From: a virus
DNA: 64,000 nt
Direction: 5' to 3' (one strand)
Virus record (IMG/VR): IMGVR_UViG_3300047322_000556
Coordinates: 25,362 to 89,361 of that record
Shown: positions 1 to 9,200 of the stretch, in pieces
Layout: every line of letters starts with the position of its first letter
How positions within the stretch are numbered: position 1 is the first letter of the stretch
Position numbers and translations under genes: made by a program
The notes under the pieces: model-generated
Told to the model about the DNA's origin: nothing
Databases searched by the model: none
The model's input: the letters and a program-made list of their open reading frames with translations, nothing else

Positions 1-1
1 G

Positions 2-133
2 AAGGACATTCAAAAGGTCTGGAATCACATGCACAAGGCGGCGACGCCGGGCGCTGTCGGCAAGCCGCAGACGATGGCTGACTACGACGCAATCGACTAT
101 CACAAGGGGATTAAGGCTGATGGCACGTTCTGA
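2..133 (+). CDS. 3' end of probable phage replication initiator (partial)
   Basis: Open frame from the window edge ending ...ADYDAIDYHKGIKADGTF*, overlapping the start of the DnaC-like gene; the call is positional. Confidence 0.5.
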   Translation, partial: KDIQKVWNHMHKAATPGAVGKPQTMADYDAIDYHKGIKADGTF

Positions 134-923
134 CGATTTTCAGCCGGTGGCTGCGATGCTTGGCAAAGTCGAGATGGAGCGCCGCGACGCGGTGTGCGCG
201 ACGCATGGCGCGTATGTCGAGCTCGCCTCGACGTTCGGTGGCGTCAAGCGATGGGCTGGCTGCATGAAGTGCATGGAAGAGCGAGAAGCGCAGTCGGCAG
301 CGGCCGAAGTCGCCGAGACGATGCGCACCGCGCGCCGCACGAACCTGCTGAGCGGCTGGCAAGGCGCGGAGATTCCGAAGCGCTTCGCCGACGCGTCGCT
401 CAAGTCGTATGTAGTCGAGACGCCTGCGCAGAAGGCCGCGCTCGACGTGTGCGCCGACTATGCGGCGTCGTGGGAGACGGTGCGCGAGACGGGCAAGAAC
501 TTGATTCTTTGCGGCAAGCCCGGCACTGGCAAAACGCATCTGGCGGTGTCGATCGCCCGGCAGATCGCGCGCATGGGCGCTCTGCCGTTCTTCGCCCGGA
601 CGTATGAAGCGGTGCAATTCGTGCGCGAGTCGTATCGGCCGGGCTCGAAGCTCTCCGAGCGCGAGTCGATCGCGAAGTTTGTCGAGCCCGATCTGCTGAT
701 TCTGGACGAAGTCGGCATTCAGGGCGGCGGCGACAACGAGCAAATGATCCTGTTCGCGATTCTCAACGGCCGCTATGACGCGTGCAAGCCGACGATCGTG
801 ATTTCGAATGAGTCGCTCGAAGGCATCGAGAAATACCTGACGCCGCGCGTGGTCGATCGGCTGCGCGAAGGCGGCGGCCGCGTGCATGTGTTCGATTGGG
901 ATTCGTACCGGAGCCGCGCATGA
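120..923 (+). CDS. DnaC/IstB-like AAA+ helicase loader
   Basis: Walker A GKPGTGKT, Walker B LLILDEVG, TIVISN, RVVDRL, SYR; N-terminal Cys/His Zn-binding motif. Confidence 0.9.
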   Translation: MARSDDFQPVAAMLGKVEMERRDAVCATHGAYVELASTFGGVKRWAGCMKCMEEREAQSAAAEVAETMRTARRTNLLSGWQGAEIPKRFADASLKSYVVETPAQKAALDVCADYAASWETVRETGKNLILCGKPGTGKTHLAVSIARQIARMGALPFFARTYEAVQFVRESYRPGSKLSERESIAKFVEPDLLILDEVGIQGGGDNEQMILFAILNGRYDACKPTIVISNESLEGIEKYLTPRVVDRLREGGGRVHVFDWDSYRSRA

Positions 924-1306
924 GCGCATCCGATCTCGTCACGCTGCGCTTTCAGTCGGGCGGTGGTTTGTCCGGTCTGAAGGGCGCGGCGGTGCGCAAG
1001 GGGATCTACTGGACGGACGCCGACGAGTCGGTCTATCAGGCCGCCGCCGCACAGCAGGAGTTCGAAGGGAAGAAGCCGCGCGACGAGGCCGAGCGCGTGG
1101 CGCGCGAGTTCGCGATTGCCTGCGCGTGCGGCCGTCGCTTGAAGGCGGAATTCGAGCGCGCCGCGAAGTGCAAGACGCCGAACGACAAGCGCGCGCTCTA
1201 TCAGGAGTGGGCCTATCTGCTCGGCAAGGCCGCCGCCGACAGGATCGCCGCCGGGTTCAAGGATGAAGCTGAACGGGCGCGCGTGCTCGCGAAGGAGTTC
1301 GCATGA
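920..1306 (+). CDS. hypothetical protein
   Basis: ATGA-coupled to both neighbours; starts MSASDLVT. Confidence 0.7.
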   Translation: MSASDLVTLRFQSGGGLSGLKGAAVRKGIYWTDADESVYQAAAAQQEFEGKKPRDEAERVAREFAIACACGRRLKAEFERAAKCKTPNDKRALYQEWAYLLGKAAADRIAAGFKDEAERARVLAKEFA

Positions 1307-1773
1307 AGGCGATGTTTCAGAAGGTTAAGGGCGGGCTGCTCGCGCCGGTCTGCGAGCAAGCCGAGAAGCTCATGAAGTCGCTCAAGGTGGGCGATGGCGC
1401 GGCGGTCGAAGCGACGAAGATGCGGAATTACAAGTTCCACAAGAAGTTCTTCAAGCTCATCGAGCTCGCCTTCGATGTGTGGGAACCGGCGGACGAACAC
1501 GAGTATCGCGGCGAAAAGCTCTCGAAAAACATCGAGACATTCCGCCGCGACATTCTGATTCTCGCCGGGCATTGCACCGCGAGCTACGGCATCGATGGAT
1601 CGGTGCGGCTCGAAGCGAAGTCGATCAGCTTCGCGAAGTGCGACGAGTTCGAATTCAACGACGTCTACGCCTCGGTGCTGCGCGTCGTGTGGGAAAAGAT
1701 TCTGCGCCATGCGCACTTCGCGAGCGAGCAAGAGGTCGAGCTCGTGGTCAATCAACTTTTGGCGTTCGAATGA
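1303..1773 (+). CDS. DUF1367 / NinB-like protein
   Basis: RNYKFHKKFF, ILAGH, AKSISFAKCDEFEFNDVY motifs. Confidence 0.75.
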   Translation: MKAMFQKVKGGLLAPVCEQAEKLMKSLKVGDGAAVEATKMRNYKFHKKFFKLIELAFDVWEPADEHEYRGEKLSKNIETFRRDILILAGHCTASYGIDGSVRLEAKSISFAKCDEFEFNDVYASVLRVVWEKILRHAHFASEQEVELVVNQLLAFE

Positions 1774-2282
1774 GTCAAGTCGAGTATTTCACGTATCCGG
1801 GCGTCGAAGGCCAGTACTTCGAATGCGCCAAGCTGCGCGCGTCGCTGTCCGTGGATCGGTGCGTCACGCAGTTTCAGGGCTCGCAAAAGGGCGGCGGTTA
1901 TCTCGCCTGCGCGGGCTGCCCGATCGGCGCCAAGCACGCGCACGTCGAAATCAAGGTCACGGCGATCAAGCGCCGGACGTGCGCGCGGTGCCTGACGGGT
2001 GCGACGCGGCTGATCGGCGATCGCATCTGCGTGAGCTGCTACAACCGCACGCTCGAAACGAAGCGCGGCCGCAACGCGAAGGGCGGCCGGCCGCGCAAGC
2101 TCGCGCGCATCGGCACGGCGTCGGTGACGTGCGTATCCGGCGGCCGGGGTGTCGTGCGCAGCGTCGATGACGTCGCGACGAGCATTGAGGCGCTTGTCTC
2201 GATCGCGCGCAGTGATTCGACGTCGATCGTGTTCGGCTGCGCGATTCCGCATCCGGTGTGCGTCCTGCAGGAGCGTGCATGA
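1770..2282 (+). CDS. Cys-rich (Zn-binding) hypothetical protein
   Basis: Starts MSQVEYF by ATGA overlap; CAGC, CARC, CVSC motifs. Confidence 0.7.
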   Translation: MSQVEYFTYPGVEGQYFECAKLRASLSVDRCVTQFQGSQKGGGYLACAGCPIGAKHAHVEIKVTAIKRRTCARCLTGATRLIGDRICVSCYNRTLETKRGRNAKGGRPRKLARIGTASVTCVSGGRGVVRSVDDVATSIEALVSIARSDSTSIVFGCAIPHPVCVLQERA

Positions 2283-2656
2283 CGCAGCAGCTCTTCCTGT
2301 TCGGCGAAGTGTCGGTCGATGGACCGGTGAATCCGCTGCCCAAGCCGCCCAAGGCGGAACGGTGGGTGCTCGTGGATCACGCGTGCCGCCATTGCTTCGG
2401 GCGGCTGCTCGCGACGGGAAAGGGCAAGACGGCGGCCGTGCAGTGCTCGCAGTGCGGTCGGCGCGAAGAGGGCCAGGTCGAAGCGCTCTGCGCGTGCGGC
2501 GTGACGACGCCGAACGGCCGTCATCTGCTGGAGTGCTATCGCAATGCCGAGAAAACGCTCGAAGTGCCGCACGAGATCCTCGTGCGCGTGCGCGAGCTCG
2601 AAGAGCGCGCGAGCGAGATACCGAGCGCGCGCCGCGTGGCAATACCCGGATTTTGA
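2279..2656 (+). CDS. Zn-ribbon hypothetical protein
   Basis: Starts MTQQLFLF; CRHC, CSQC, CAC motifs. Confidence 0.7.
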   Translation: MTQQLFLFGEVSVDGPVNPLPKPPKAERWVLVDHACRHCFGRLLATGKGKTAAVQCSQCGRREEGQVEALCACGVTTPNGRHLLECYRNAEKTLEVPHEILVRVRELEERASEIPSARRVAIPGF

Positions 2657-2676
2657 CGCTCGCAGCGTCATTCTTT
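2654..2676 (+). terminator. probable intrinsic terminator
   Basis: TGACGCT-CGC-AGCGTCA hairpin followed by TTCTTT. Confidence 0.5.
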
Positions 2677-2678
2677 CG

Positions 2679-2694
2679 GTCGTGACGCCATCGT
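2679..2694 (+). promoter_or_regulatory. late promoter motif (GTCGTGAC-N3-A-N3-T)
   Basis: GTCGTGACGCCATCGT upstream of HU/TerS; one of 10 copies. Confidence 0.75.
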
Positions 2695-2736
2695 GAGGGT
2701 GCGGGATAGACCCGCGCAACTCATGAAGGTAGATCC

Positions 2737-3015
2737 ATGCGTAAGGACATGTTCGTGCAAGTGCTCGCCGATCGCGCGGGCGTGAAGCGTGCCGAAGCCG
2801 GTGCGGTGCTCGATGCGCTGACCGGGCTTATCTCGGCGGCAAGCGGCGGCGTCGGCCGCATCCGCGTGCCGGGGCTCGGCAGTTTCGAAGTGACGCAGCG
2901 CGCCGCGCGCCGTGGCGTCAATCCGCGCACGCTCACGCCGATCGATATTCCGGCCCGCCGCAAGGTGCTTTTCAAGCCCGCAATCGAGCTCGTGCGCGCC
3001 GCTGGAGCCGAGTAA
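2737..3015 (+). CDS. HU/IHF family DNA-binding protein
   Basis: GLGSFEVTQRAARRGVNPRT...IPARRKVLFKP signature. Confidence 0.92.
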   Translation: MRKDMFVQVLADRAGVKRAEAGAVLDALTGLISAASGGVGRIRVPGLGSFEVTQRAARRGVNPRTLTPIDIPARRKVLFKPAIELVRAAGAE

Positions 3016-3623
3016 TGGCGAAGCTGACTGACGCCGAATGGGCACAGGCCCGCGCGGTATGGGAAGCGGACCCGAAGGTCAACTTCGTGCATATCGCGGC
3101 CGAATTCAACGTCACGAAGCAGGCCGTCGCACTGCGCGCGAAAAAGGACGGCTGGCAAAAGCAAGCCGACATGCCGCATATCGTGCGCGAGGCGCATCGC
3201 GCGGCTGACGCGAAGAGCAAGCCGCCGACGCCGATCGGCAAGAAGGGCGCGGCGGCCGAGCCCGCCGAGAAGCCGAAGATCGAGCGCACGGCGCCCGCTA
3301 TGCTGCCGACGCCGCAGGACCGCGCCGAAGCCGTCAATCGCGCTGTCGATCATCGCGCCGAGCTGCTGAGCCGTCATCGCGCCGAGTGGGAGGACGTTCG
3401 GCGGATTGTGCAGGCCGCCGTCGATCTGGAGGATTTCGACAAGGCCAAGCTCGGCAAGATCACGAGCGAGGCGACGAAGATCATTCAGGAAGGCGAGCGC
3501 AAGGCGTGGGGTATCGATCAGGACCAAGGCGACGATAAGAGCAAGACGACTATCGTCATCGAGCGCCGCGACGAGAGTACTTCACGGCACGCGCCGCGCG
3601 CTGATCCACAAGCGCCGTCGTGA
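3015..3623 (+). CDS. probable terminase small subunit (PacA-like, N-terminal HTH)
   Basis: W..AR..WE...IAAEFNVTKQAVALRAKKDGW HTH, helical core ending ERKAWGID; behind a late promoter. Confidence 0.65.
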   Translation: MAKLTDAEWAQARAVWEADPKVNFVHIAAEFNVTKQAVALRAKKDGWQKQADMPHIVREAHRAADAKSKPPTPIGKKGAAAEPAEKPKIERTAPAMLPTPQDRAEAVNRAVDHRAELLSRHRAEWEDVRRIVQAAVDLEDFDKAKLGKITSEATKIIQEGERKAWGIDQDQGDDKSKTTIVIERRDESTSRHAPRADPQAPS

Positions 3624-3632
3624 CGCGACGAT
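3617..3632 (+). promoter_or_regulatory. late promoter motif
   Basis: GTCGTGACGCGACGAT, overlapping the TerS stop codon. Confidence 0.75.
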
Positions 3633-3661
3633 GCCCCTCAGACCGTTACTGAGGGGCGTCT

Positions 3662-6600
3662 GTGACTGCTCGCATCATTTTCTTCGTCAATCCCGAGATT
3701 GACTTGCTCAAGGCCACTTTCAAGAAAGAAATGTGGATTCCGGGCTATACGAAACACGACGGCACTTCCGTCGAAGGCCATTACAAGCACGTCAACGTCG
3801 CCGACGATCACGACGATGCGAAGGTGCTGAGCGGCAACGGTTCCGCGACGCAGAAGGACGCGCACAAGCTGCTCACGAAGCACGGCTTTTACGGGCTGCC
3901 GCAAGAGCATCATCTGCCGGTGCTGCTCGCGCACGCGACCGATATGCAGGACGCCGCCGGTATCCGCGCGCGCGCCGCGAAGTTCCGCGTCGCCATTCTC
4001 GGCGGCGCAATGCCGATTCCCTCTCAGACGAAAGCGTATCTGCTGCTCGACGCGGACAAGCAGGCGAAGTACAAAGCCGAGTTCGAAAAGGCGGGCAAGC
4101 TCGATCTGTTCGAACAGGCGATCGCCGAAGGCAAGGCCGCGCCGGACGAACCGGGCGAAGCGCCGCAGAAGCCCGCAGAAGCCGCCGCCGCGCCCGCGCC
4201 CGAAGCGGTGCAGCCGGAAGCGCCAGCGAGCGCGCCCGAGGCCGCGCAGGAGCCCGCATTCAAGCCGCTCGATCACGGCGAGCTGAACATTCCCGGCAAG
4301 ACGAAGAACATCGACGCCGAGCTCGACAAGTACAAAAAGCAGCAGGCCGCCGACGCGAAGGCGAAGGCAAAAACCGCCAGCGCCGAGAAGAAGGAAAACA
4401 AGGCGAAGGCGAAGGCGCTTTTTGACGAGTACATCGACGCGATCAAGGCCAAGCATGGCGCGAAGTACGGCGCGAAGGAAGTCGAGAACATGCTCGACGG
4501 TTGGGTGAAGTGGGAGCCGAAGAAGGCGATCCAGTTCATCGAGCAATTCGTGAAAGAACAGGGTGCCACCTATGAGGCTGCGGCGCCTGAAGTTGCGCCC
4601 GAGCCGACGCCAGTGCAGCAGGCCGCGCCGAAGAGCGACGAGGCGAAGGAAAAAGCCGAGAAGCTCACGTCGATGGTGGCCGATCTCAAGGGCATGGAGT
4701 TCCCTGCAATGGACGAGCTCGCGGACTCGCTGCCGGGCAAGGCGTCGTGGTTCATGTCGGGCATCGCGCAGGCGAATGACGACTGGATCAAGGAAGGTCA
4801 GGCCGCGTGGGACGCGCTCGCGCCCGAGCAAAAAGCCGCGTCGCTGTCGCTGCTCGAAGCGTCGATCAAGCACGATGCGGAATACGACGCCAAGCACGCC
4901 GAGAAGCTGACCGATGACAAGCTCACGGCAGTCGCGCACAAACTCTCGATTCTCAACGGGCTCAAGAAGCAGTGGCTTGTCCCTGCAATCACGAAAGAGA
5001 CGATTGACGATGCGGCCGCCAATGGCGACGTTCAAACGCTTCAGCAGCTCGCGAGCATCTTCGAAGGCAAGGAACAGCTCGGCTCATTGAGCTACGTCAA
5101 GCAGGCGCTCGCGCAAGCGCAGGCCGGGAAGGAAGAGCCGAAAGCCGAAGTGCCCGCTGCCGCATCGAGCGAGCCGGTCAAGCCCGTTCTGCCGGGCAAC
5201 GCGCACCATCTCTGGTTCGATGAGGTTGAGGAAGCATACAAGGCCGGTGACGCCGAGAGTCTGGAGAATCTGGCGCATGCCTTCGGTGTCGATGACGAGG
5301 CGGCGGCTAAAGCGATCACAGGCTACGCGAAGGCGTGCATCGCTGCGCTCGAAGCGAAGAGTGCGCCCACTGCGGCGTCGAGCGCGTCGGTCAAGCCGAC
5401 TATGCCCGACTTCGGCGGCTCGCTCGTCTCTGGTGGCATCGCGAAGAAGATTGCGGCCGAGATGGAGGCTGGCAACGTCCAAGGGCTTCAGGATCAGCTC
5501 TACATGATCGGCAATCCCAATCCGGGGTCGCAGTTTGCCACGCTGAAGAAGTATGCCGAGGATGCGCTCGCCTATGTGAATGGCGGTGGCGCTGCTGCCG
5601 ATGACGGCCCGAAAGAAGGCGACACGAAGGTTATCGACGGCGTCACCTATGAGCTCAAGGGCGGCCGCTGGCACAAGGTCGGCGGCGCTGAAACGGCGTC
5701 CGATACGGTCGGCATGCCGGTGTTTGCTGGCAAGACGATCGAGTATTACAGCAAGGTCGCGGCGAAGCTCAAGGCGCTCTTCGACAAGGGCGATTGGGAC
5801 GGCATTCAGAAGATGATGGACGGCGACGGCAAGACGTGGGCGGGCACGTCGCCGAATAGCAAGCTGCTGATCCAGTACGGCAAGGAATTGCTCGGCGCGC
5901 ACGCCGCGCATGGTGACGCCGCGCCGGTCGAGCAAGCGGCGCCCGAGCCCGCGCTGCAAGCCGCGCCGGAACCGGACGCCGACGAGCCTGAAGCTGATCC
6001 GAGCAAGCCTGAGTCGATCGACGGCTGGCATCAAACCGGCGGCCAGAAGGGTTCGAACGCGGGCGGCGAATTCACGGACGAGCACGGCCAGAAGTGGTAC
6101 TGCAAATTCCCGGCATCCGAGTCGCACACGAAAAACGAGATGCTCGCGGCGAAGCTCTATGAGGCCGCAGGCATCGAAGTGCCGCATCTGAAGCTCGTCA
6201 CGCAAGGCGGAAAGGTCGGCATCGCCTCGAAGATCATCGACGGCGTCAAGAAGGATTCGTCGGCGCTCGCGGCCGGTGTGCCGGGCGTGGCCGATGGCTT
6301 CGCGGTCGATGCGTGGCTCGCGAATTGGGACGTCGTCGGCACTGGCTACGACAACATGCAGATCAAGCCGAACGGGCATGCTGTACGCCTCGACGTCGGC
6401 GGCTCGCTGCTGTATCGCGCGCAAGGCACGCCGAAGGGCGACGAGTTCGGCAACACGGTCGGCGAGCTCCAGACGCTCAAGAACGGCAAGAACGGCTATG
6501 CCGCGCACGCCTTCGGCAAGCTGACCGACGCGCAGATCGCGGAGTCGGCGAAAAAGGTGTCGGCGGTGTCGCCCGAGACGATCCAAAAGCTCGTCATGGA

Positions 6601-8188
6601 GTACGGGCCGGGCAGCCATGACGCGAAGCTGACGTTGGCGGCGAAGCTCATCGCGCGGCGCGAGGACGTGCTCAAGCAAACCGGCGCAAGCGCGCCGAAG
6701 CCGGGCATCGCGTCGGCTGTCGAAAAGCCCGCCGAGTCCGCTCCGCAACCGGCGGCGGCCGCGCCCGCACCGAGCGGCGAGCTGGCGATTCCGGAATTCG
6801 ACGGGCCGAAGGCGGCCGGTTACGCGTCGGCCGCGAAAAAGCTCATGGAGACGGCGGCCGCGCAAGGCAACACGAAGCATCTGCACAAGCTCATGGGCGG
6901 CAAAAAGCATCTGCTCTACGGCCCGAGTCTGTACTCGCCGGGCAAGTACGTGAAGATCGCTACGATCATGGAGCCCGCCAAGACGCCGAACGGCGCGAAG
7001 CTGCTCGAATTCTGGCAGCAGCTCGAAGCGAAGTACGCAGGCCCGAACAAGAAGAAGTCGCCGCCGAAGGTCGTCGCCGCGAAGGAAACGAGCGCCGCGC
7101 CCGCTCCAGCGCAGGCTGCGCCCGCCGAGCCCGCGAAACCCGATCTGCGCAATCTCGCGATCGACACGAACAAGTTGCCGAAGCTGACCGACTTCCACGG
7201 CGGCAACGGTGGCAGTGGCATTTCGAGCAAGGCGCACGTCAACGACGCGAACGCGAAGGATCAGAAGGACGTGCTCAACTTCGCGCTCAAGGGCGACTTG
7301 ATCGCGCTGCGCAAGTACGAATACGAGGCGTTCGACAAGCAAACCGGCGCGTCGCTCGGCATGAAGCCGATCACGGATCACCCTTCGAAGCACGTCAAGG
7401 AATTTTGGGAGGCATGCTGCTCGACGCTGGAGTTGGTCGCATTCCCGCCCGCGCCGCTCAAGGCGTTCGATGAGCATGTATCCGATGACGTCAAGGCGCT
7501 CTCGGACTCGTTCAAGCCGCATCTGTACGGCAAGTCAGTCCACAATGTCGCGGCGAATGAGAAGCTCGGATTCTGGATCGCGCTCGGCGTCGAATCGGGC
7601 TGGAAGAAGTTCAAACCGCAGCAGATGCAAAACGCCGTCGATGTGCCGGGCATCAAAGAGAAGGGGCATGCTCTTTTCGCGAAGTACACTGCGAACGTGA
7701 AGCACTTCATCAAGAGCGTTCAGGCAACCGGGTCGTACAATAATGCTTACCGTGAAGGTAAGGACGTCGATTCATACGGCAAGGCGACGCGCCCGATTCT
7801 TTATGATCTGTACGGTGCCGCTCAGACAAAGCCCGCCGGGACGACGATTACGAAGTGGATGTCAATGCCGGATGAGATGATCGATCAGTTCATGAGCGCG
7901 CCGGACGGGCTCGTGTTCCAGAATCCGGGCTCGATGTGCTGCTCGATGCACCCGACCGGCACGAAGGGCTTCGGCAGTAACAAGATGACGATCCACTACG
8001 CGCCGGGCGCGAAGGCGATCGATACCTTCGGCTCTGGCGGTTTCGCGGGCGAGATGGAAATTACGACGTTGCCGGGCACGCGGTTCATGGTGCTGAGCAA
8101 GAAGAAAACTTCGGACGGCAATCTGCATCTCGAAGTGCTTATGCTCCCGCCGGACCAGACGTATATCGACAACATTCTGACTAAGTGA
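3662..8188 (+). CDS. polyvalent protein with HipA/PI3K-like kinase domain and C-terminal ADP-ribosyltransferase-like domain; probable virion cargo
   Basis: Kinase about 6020-6680: GGQKGSNAGG, WYCKF, NEMLAAKLY, DAWLANWDVVG..DN, VRLDVGGSL. ART about 7700-8188: FQNPGSMCCS, GAKAID, GEMEITTLPGTRFMV. Ala/Pro/Glu linkers. Confidence 0.75.
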   Translation: MTARIIFFVNPEIDLLKATFKKEMWIPGYTKHDGTSVEGHYKHVNVADDHDDAKVLSGNGSATQKDAHKLLTKHGFYGLPQEHHLPVLLAHATDMQDAAGIRARAAKFRVAILGGAMPIPSQTKAYLLLDADKQAKYKAEFEKAGKLDLFEQAIAEGKAAPDEPGEAPQKPAEAAAAPAPEAVQPEAPASAPEAAQEPAFKPLDHGELNIPGKTKNIDAELDKYKKQQAADAKAKAKTASAEKKENKAKAKALFDEYIDAIKAKHGAKYGAKEVENMLDGWVKWEPKKAIQFIEQFVKEQGATYEAAAPEVAPEPTPVQQAAPKSDEAKEKAEKLTSMVADLKGMEFPAMDELADSLPGKASWFMSGIAQANDDWIKEGQAAWDALAPEQKAASLSLLEASIKHDAEYDAKHAEKLTDDKLTAVAHKLSILNGLKKQWLVPAITKETIDDAAANGDVQTLQQLASIFEGKEQLGSLSYVKQALAQAQAGKEEPKAEVPAAASSEPVKPVLPGNAHHLWFDEVEEAYKAGDAESLENLAHAFGVDDEAAAKAITGYAKACIAALEAKSAPTAASSASVKPTMPDFGGSLVSGGIAKKIAAEMEAGNVQGLQDQLYMIGNPNPGSQFATLKKYAEDALAYVNGGGAAADDGPKEGDTKVIDGVTYELKGGRWHKVGGAETASDTVGMPVFAGKTIEYYSKVAAKLKALFDKGDWDGIQKMMDGDGKTWAGTSPNSKLLIQYGKELLGAHAAHGDAAPVEQAAPEPALQAAPEPDADEPEADPSKPESIDGWHQTGGQKGSNAGGEFTDEHGQKWYCKFPASESHTKNEMLAAKLYEAAGIEVPHLKLVTQGGKVGIASKIIDGVKKDSSALAAGVPGVADGFAVDAWLANWDVVGTGYDNMQIKPNGHAVRLDVGGSLLYRAQGTPKGDEFGNTVGELQTLKNGKNGYAAHAFGKLTDAQIAESAKKVSAVSPETIQKLVMEYGPGSHDAKLTLAAKLIARREDVLKQTGASAPKPGIASAVEKPAESAPQPAAAAPAPSGELAIPEFDGPKAAGYASAAKKLMETAAAQGNTKHLHKLMGGKKHLLYGPSLYSPGKYVKIATIMEPAKTPNGAKLLEFWQQLEAKYAGPNKKKSPPKVVAAKETSAAPAPAQAAPAEPAKPDLRNLAIDTNKLPKLTDFHGGNGGSGISSKAHVNDANAKDQKDVLNFALKGDLIALRKYEYEAFDKQTGASLGMKPITDHPSKHVKEFWEACCSTLELVAFPPAPLKAFDEHVSDDVKALSDSFKPHLYGKSVHNVAANEKLGFWIALGVESGWKKFKPQQMQNAVDVPGIKEKGHALFAKYTANVKHFIKSVQATGSYNNAYREGKDVDSYGKATRPILYDLYGAAQTKPAGTTITKWMSMPDEMIDQFMSAPDGLVFQNPGSMCCSMHPTGTKGFGSNKMTIHYAPGAKAIDTFGSGGFAGEMEITTLPGTRFMVLSKKKTSDGNLHLEVLMLPPDQTYIDNILTK

Positions 8189-8649
8189 GGCAGCGAATGA
8201 ATCCGCTGGCAGGACTCAAATTCGACGGGGCGCCCGATGGGCGTCCGTCGCTTGGCGACTATGAGGTCGTCGATCGGCTCGTGACGGGTTTCGCGCAGGA
8301 CGTGCTCAACGTGCGAAAGGACTTCCACGCGGGCAAGCCCGGCGGCGATAAGCCGGTCGAGCGCATCGAAGCGCTCGCGCAGCACTTCGGCGACATTTTC
8401 ATGGGCCGCAACGACGCCTATCAGGCGCAGCCGTGGAATAACCCGATTCGGCTCGGCTCGAAAATCCGCGTGCTGCTCAACGGCACGAGCGATCCGGACG
8501 AAGGCAAGTCGCTGTTCGTGTGGGTCGCGAGCAACGTCGTGCGATCGTCCGAGGCGGTCGAAAGCGGCAGCATGACGGACGAGGCAGCGGGCAAGAAGCT
8601 GCGCGAGGTTCTAGACAGCGTCGTCGCGATGCTGCTCGGTATTCGCTAA
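8185..8649 (+). CDS. hypothetical protein, coupled to the kinase-ART gene (possible immunity protein or chaperone)
   Basis: GTGA overlap with the upstream stop; alternative ATG at 8197. Confidence 0.7.
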   Translation: MRQRMNPLAGLKFDGAPDGRPSLGDYEVVDRLVTGFAQDVLNVRKDFHAGKPGGDKPVERIEALAQHFGDIFMGRNDAYQAQPWNNPIRLGSKIRVLLNGTSDPDEGKSLFVWVASNVVRSSEAVESGSMTDEAAGKKLREVLDSVVAMLLGIR

Positions 8650-8654
8650 AGAAA

Positions 8655-8671
8655 TTTACCCAAAAGGTAAA
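8655..8671. promoter_or_regulatory. 17-bp palindromic operator (TTTAYC-N5-GRTAAA family)
   Basis: TTTACC-CAAAA-GGTAAA in an AT-rich promoter region. Confidence 0.7.
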
Positions 8672-8716
8672 ACATGGGGTAAAGTGTAGCCACTAACACG
8701 AACAAAGGAAAAAACC

Positions 8717-9166
8717 ATGTGGCTCACCTTCTCTGACGCATTCCTCTCCATCGTTTCGATTCCGGGCGACGCCGCGAACCTGAAGGTGCGCGCGCGCCGC
8801 AAGGGCGATATCGAGCGCATCTTCAAGCACTGCGGCGCGGCCGTGAAGGTCGAACGCACGCCGGGCCGTGACTATCTGTATCGCGCGGTGATTCCGCGTG
8901 ACGTCGTCGGCGCGGTCGTGGCCGAGCACGTCGCGGGCATCAGCTATCCGAATTTCAAGAACTCGGTGCGCGACGATCGTCTGCACACGGCATGCAATCG
9001 CGTGTGGCACGTCATGGCCGATCTGCAGGAGATTCCGCCGTATGCGCGCGATCGCCGCCGTGGTCTGTCGCTGTTCGATGAGGCGGATGAATCGACGGGC
9101 TTCGACCCGGTGCCGGTGGTGACGAAGCCGCCGGTCAAGCGCCGCGCGCCCGCACGCAAGTCGTGA
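8717..9166 (+). CDS. conserved-looking hypothetical protein
   Basis: AAGGA RBS; MWLTFSDAFLSIV, LKVRARR, DYLYRA, YPNFK motifs. Confidence 0.8.
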   Translation: MWLTFSDAFLSIVSIPGDAANLKVRARRKGDIERIFKHCGAAVKVERTPGRDYLYRAVIPRDVVGAVVAEHVAGISYPNFKNSVRDDRLHTACNRVWHVMADLQEIPPYARDRRRGLSLFDEADESTGFDPVPVVTKPPVKRRAPARKS

Positions 9167-9175
9167 ATCGATACT
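9160..9175 (+). promoter_or_regulatory. late promoter motif
   Basis: GTCGTGAATCGATACT (one mismatch), overlapping the upstream stop codon. Confidence 0.65.
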
Positions 9176-9200
9176 GATCCCGCATAACTACAAGGCAATC

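Noticed and set aside
120-923. IS21 transposition helper IstB
   Set aside because: No IstA transposase or terminal inverted repeats; the context is a phage replication module
3638-7522. Long antisense ORFs (3638-5035, 5084-7522; likewise 10025-11278, 13899-15452, 49845-51296, 55782-57476, 60326-63337)
   Set aside because: Shadow frames of high-GC genes: Arg-rich, no motifs, and exactly opposite well-supported CDSs
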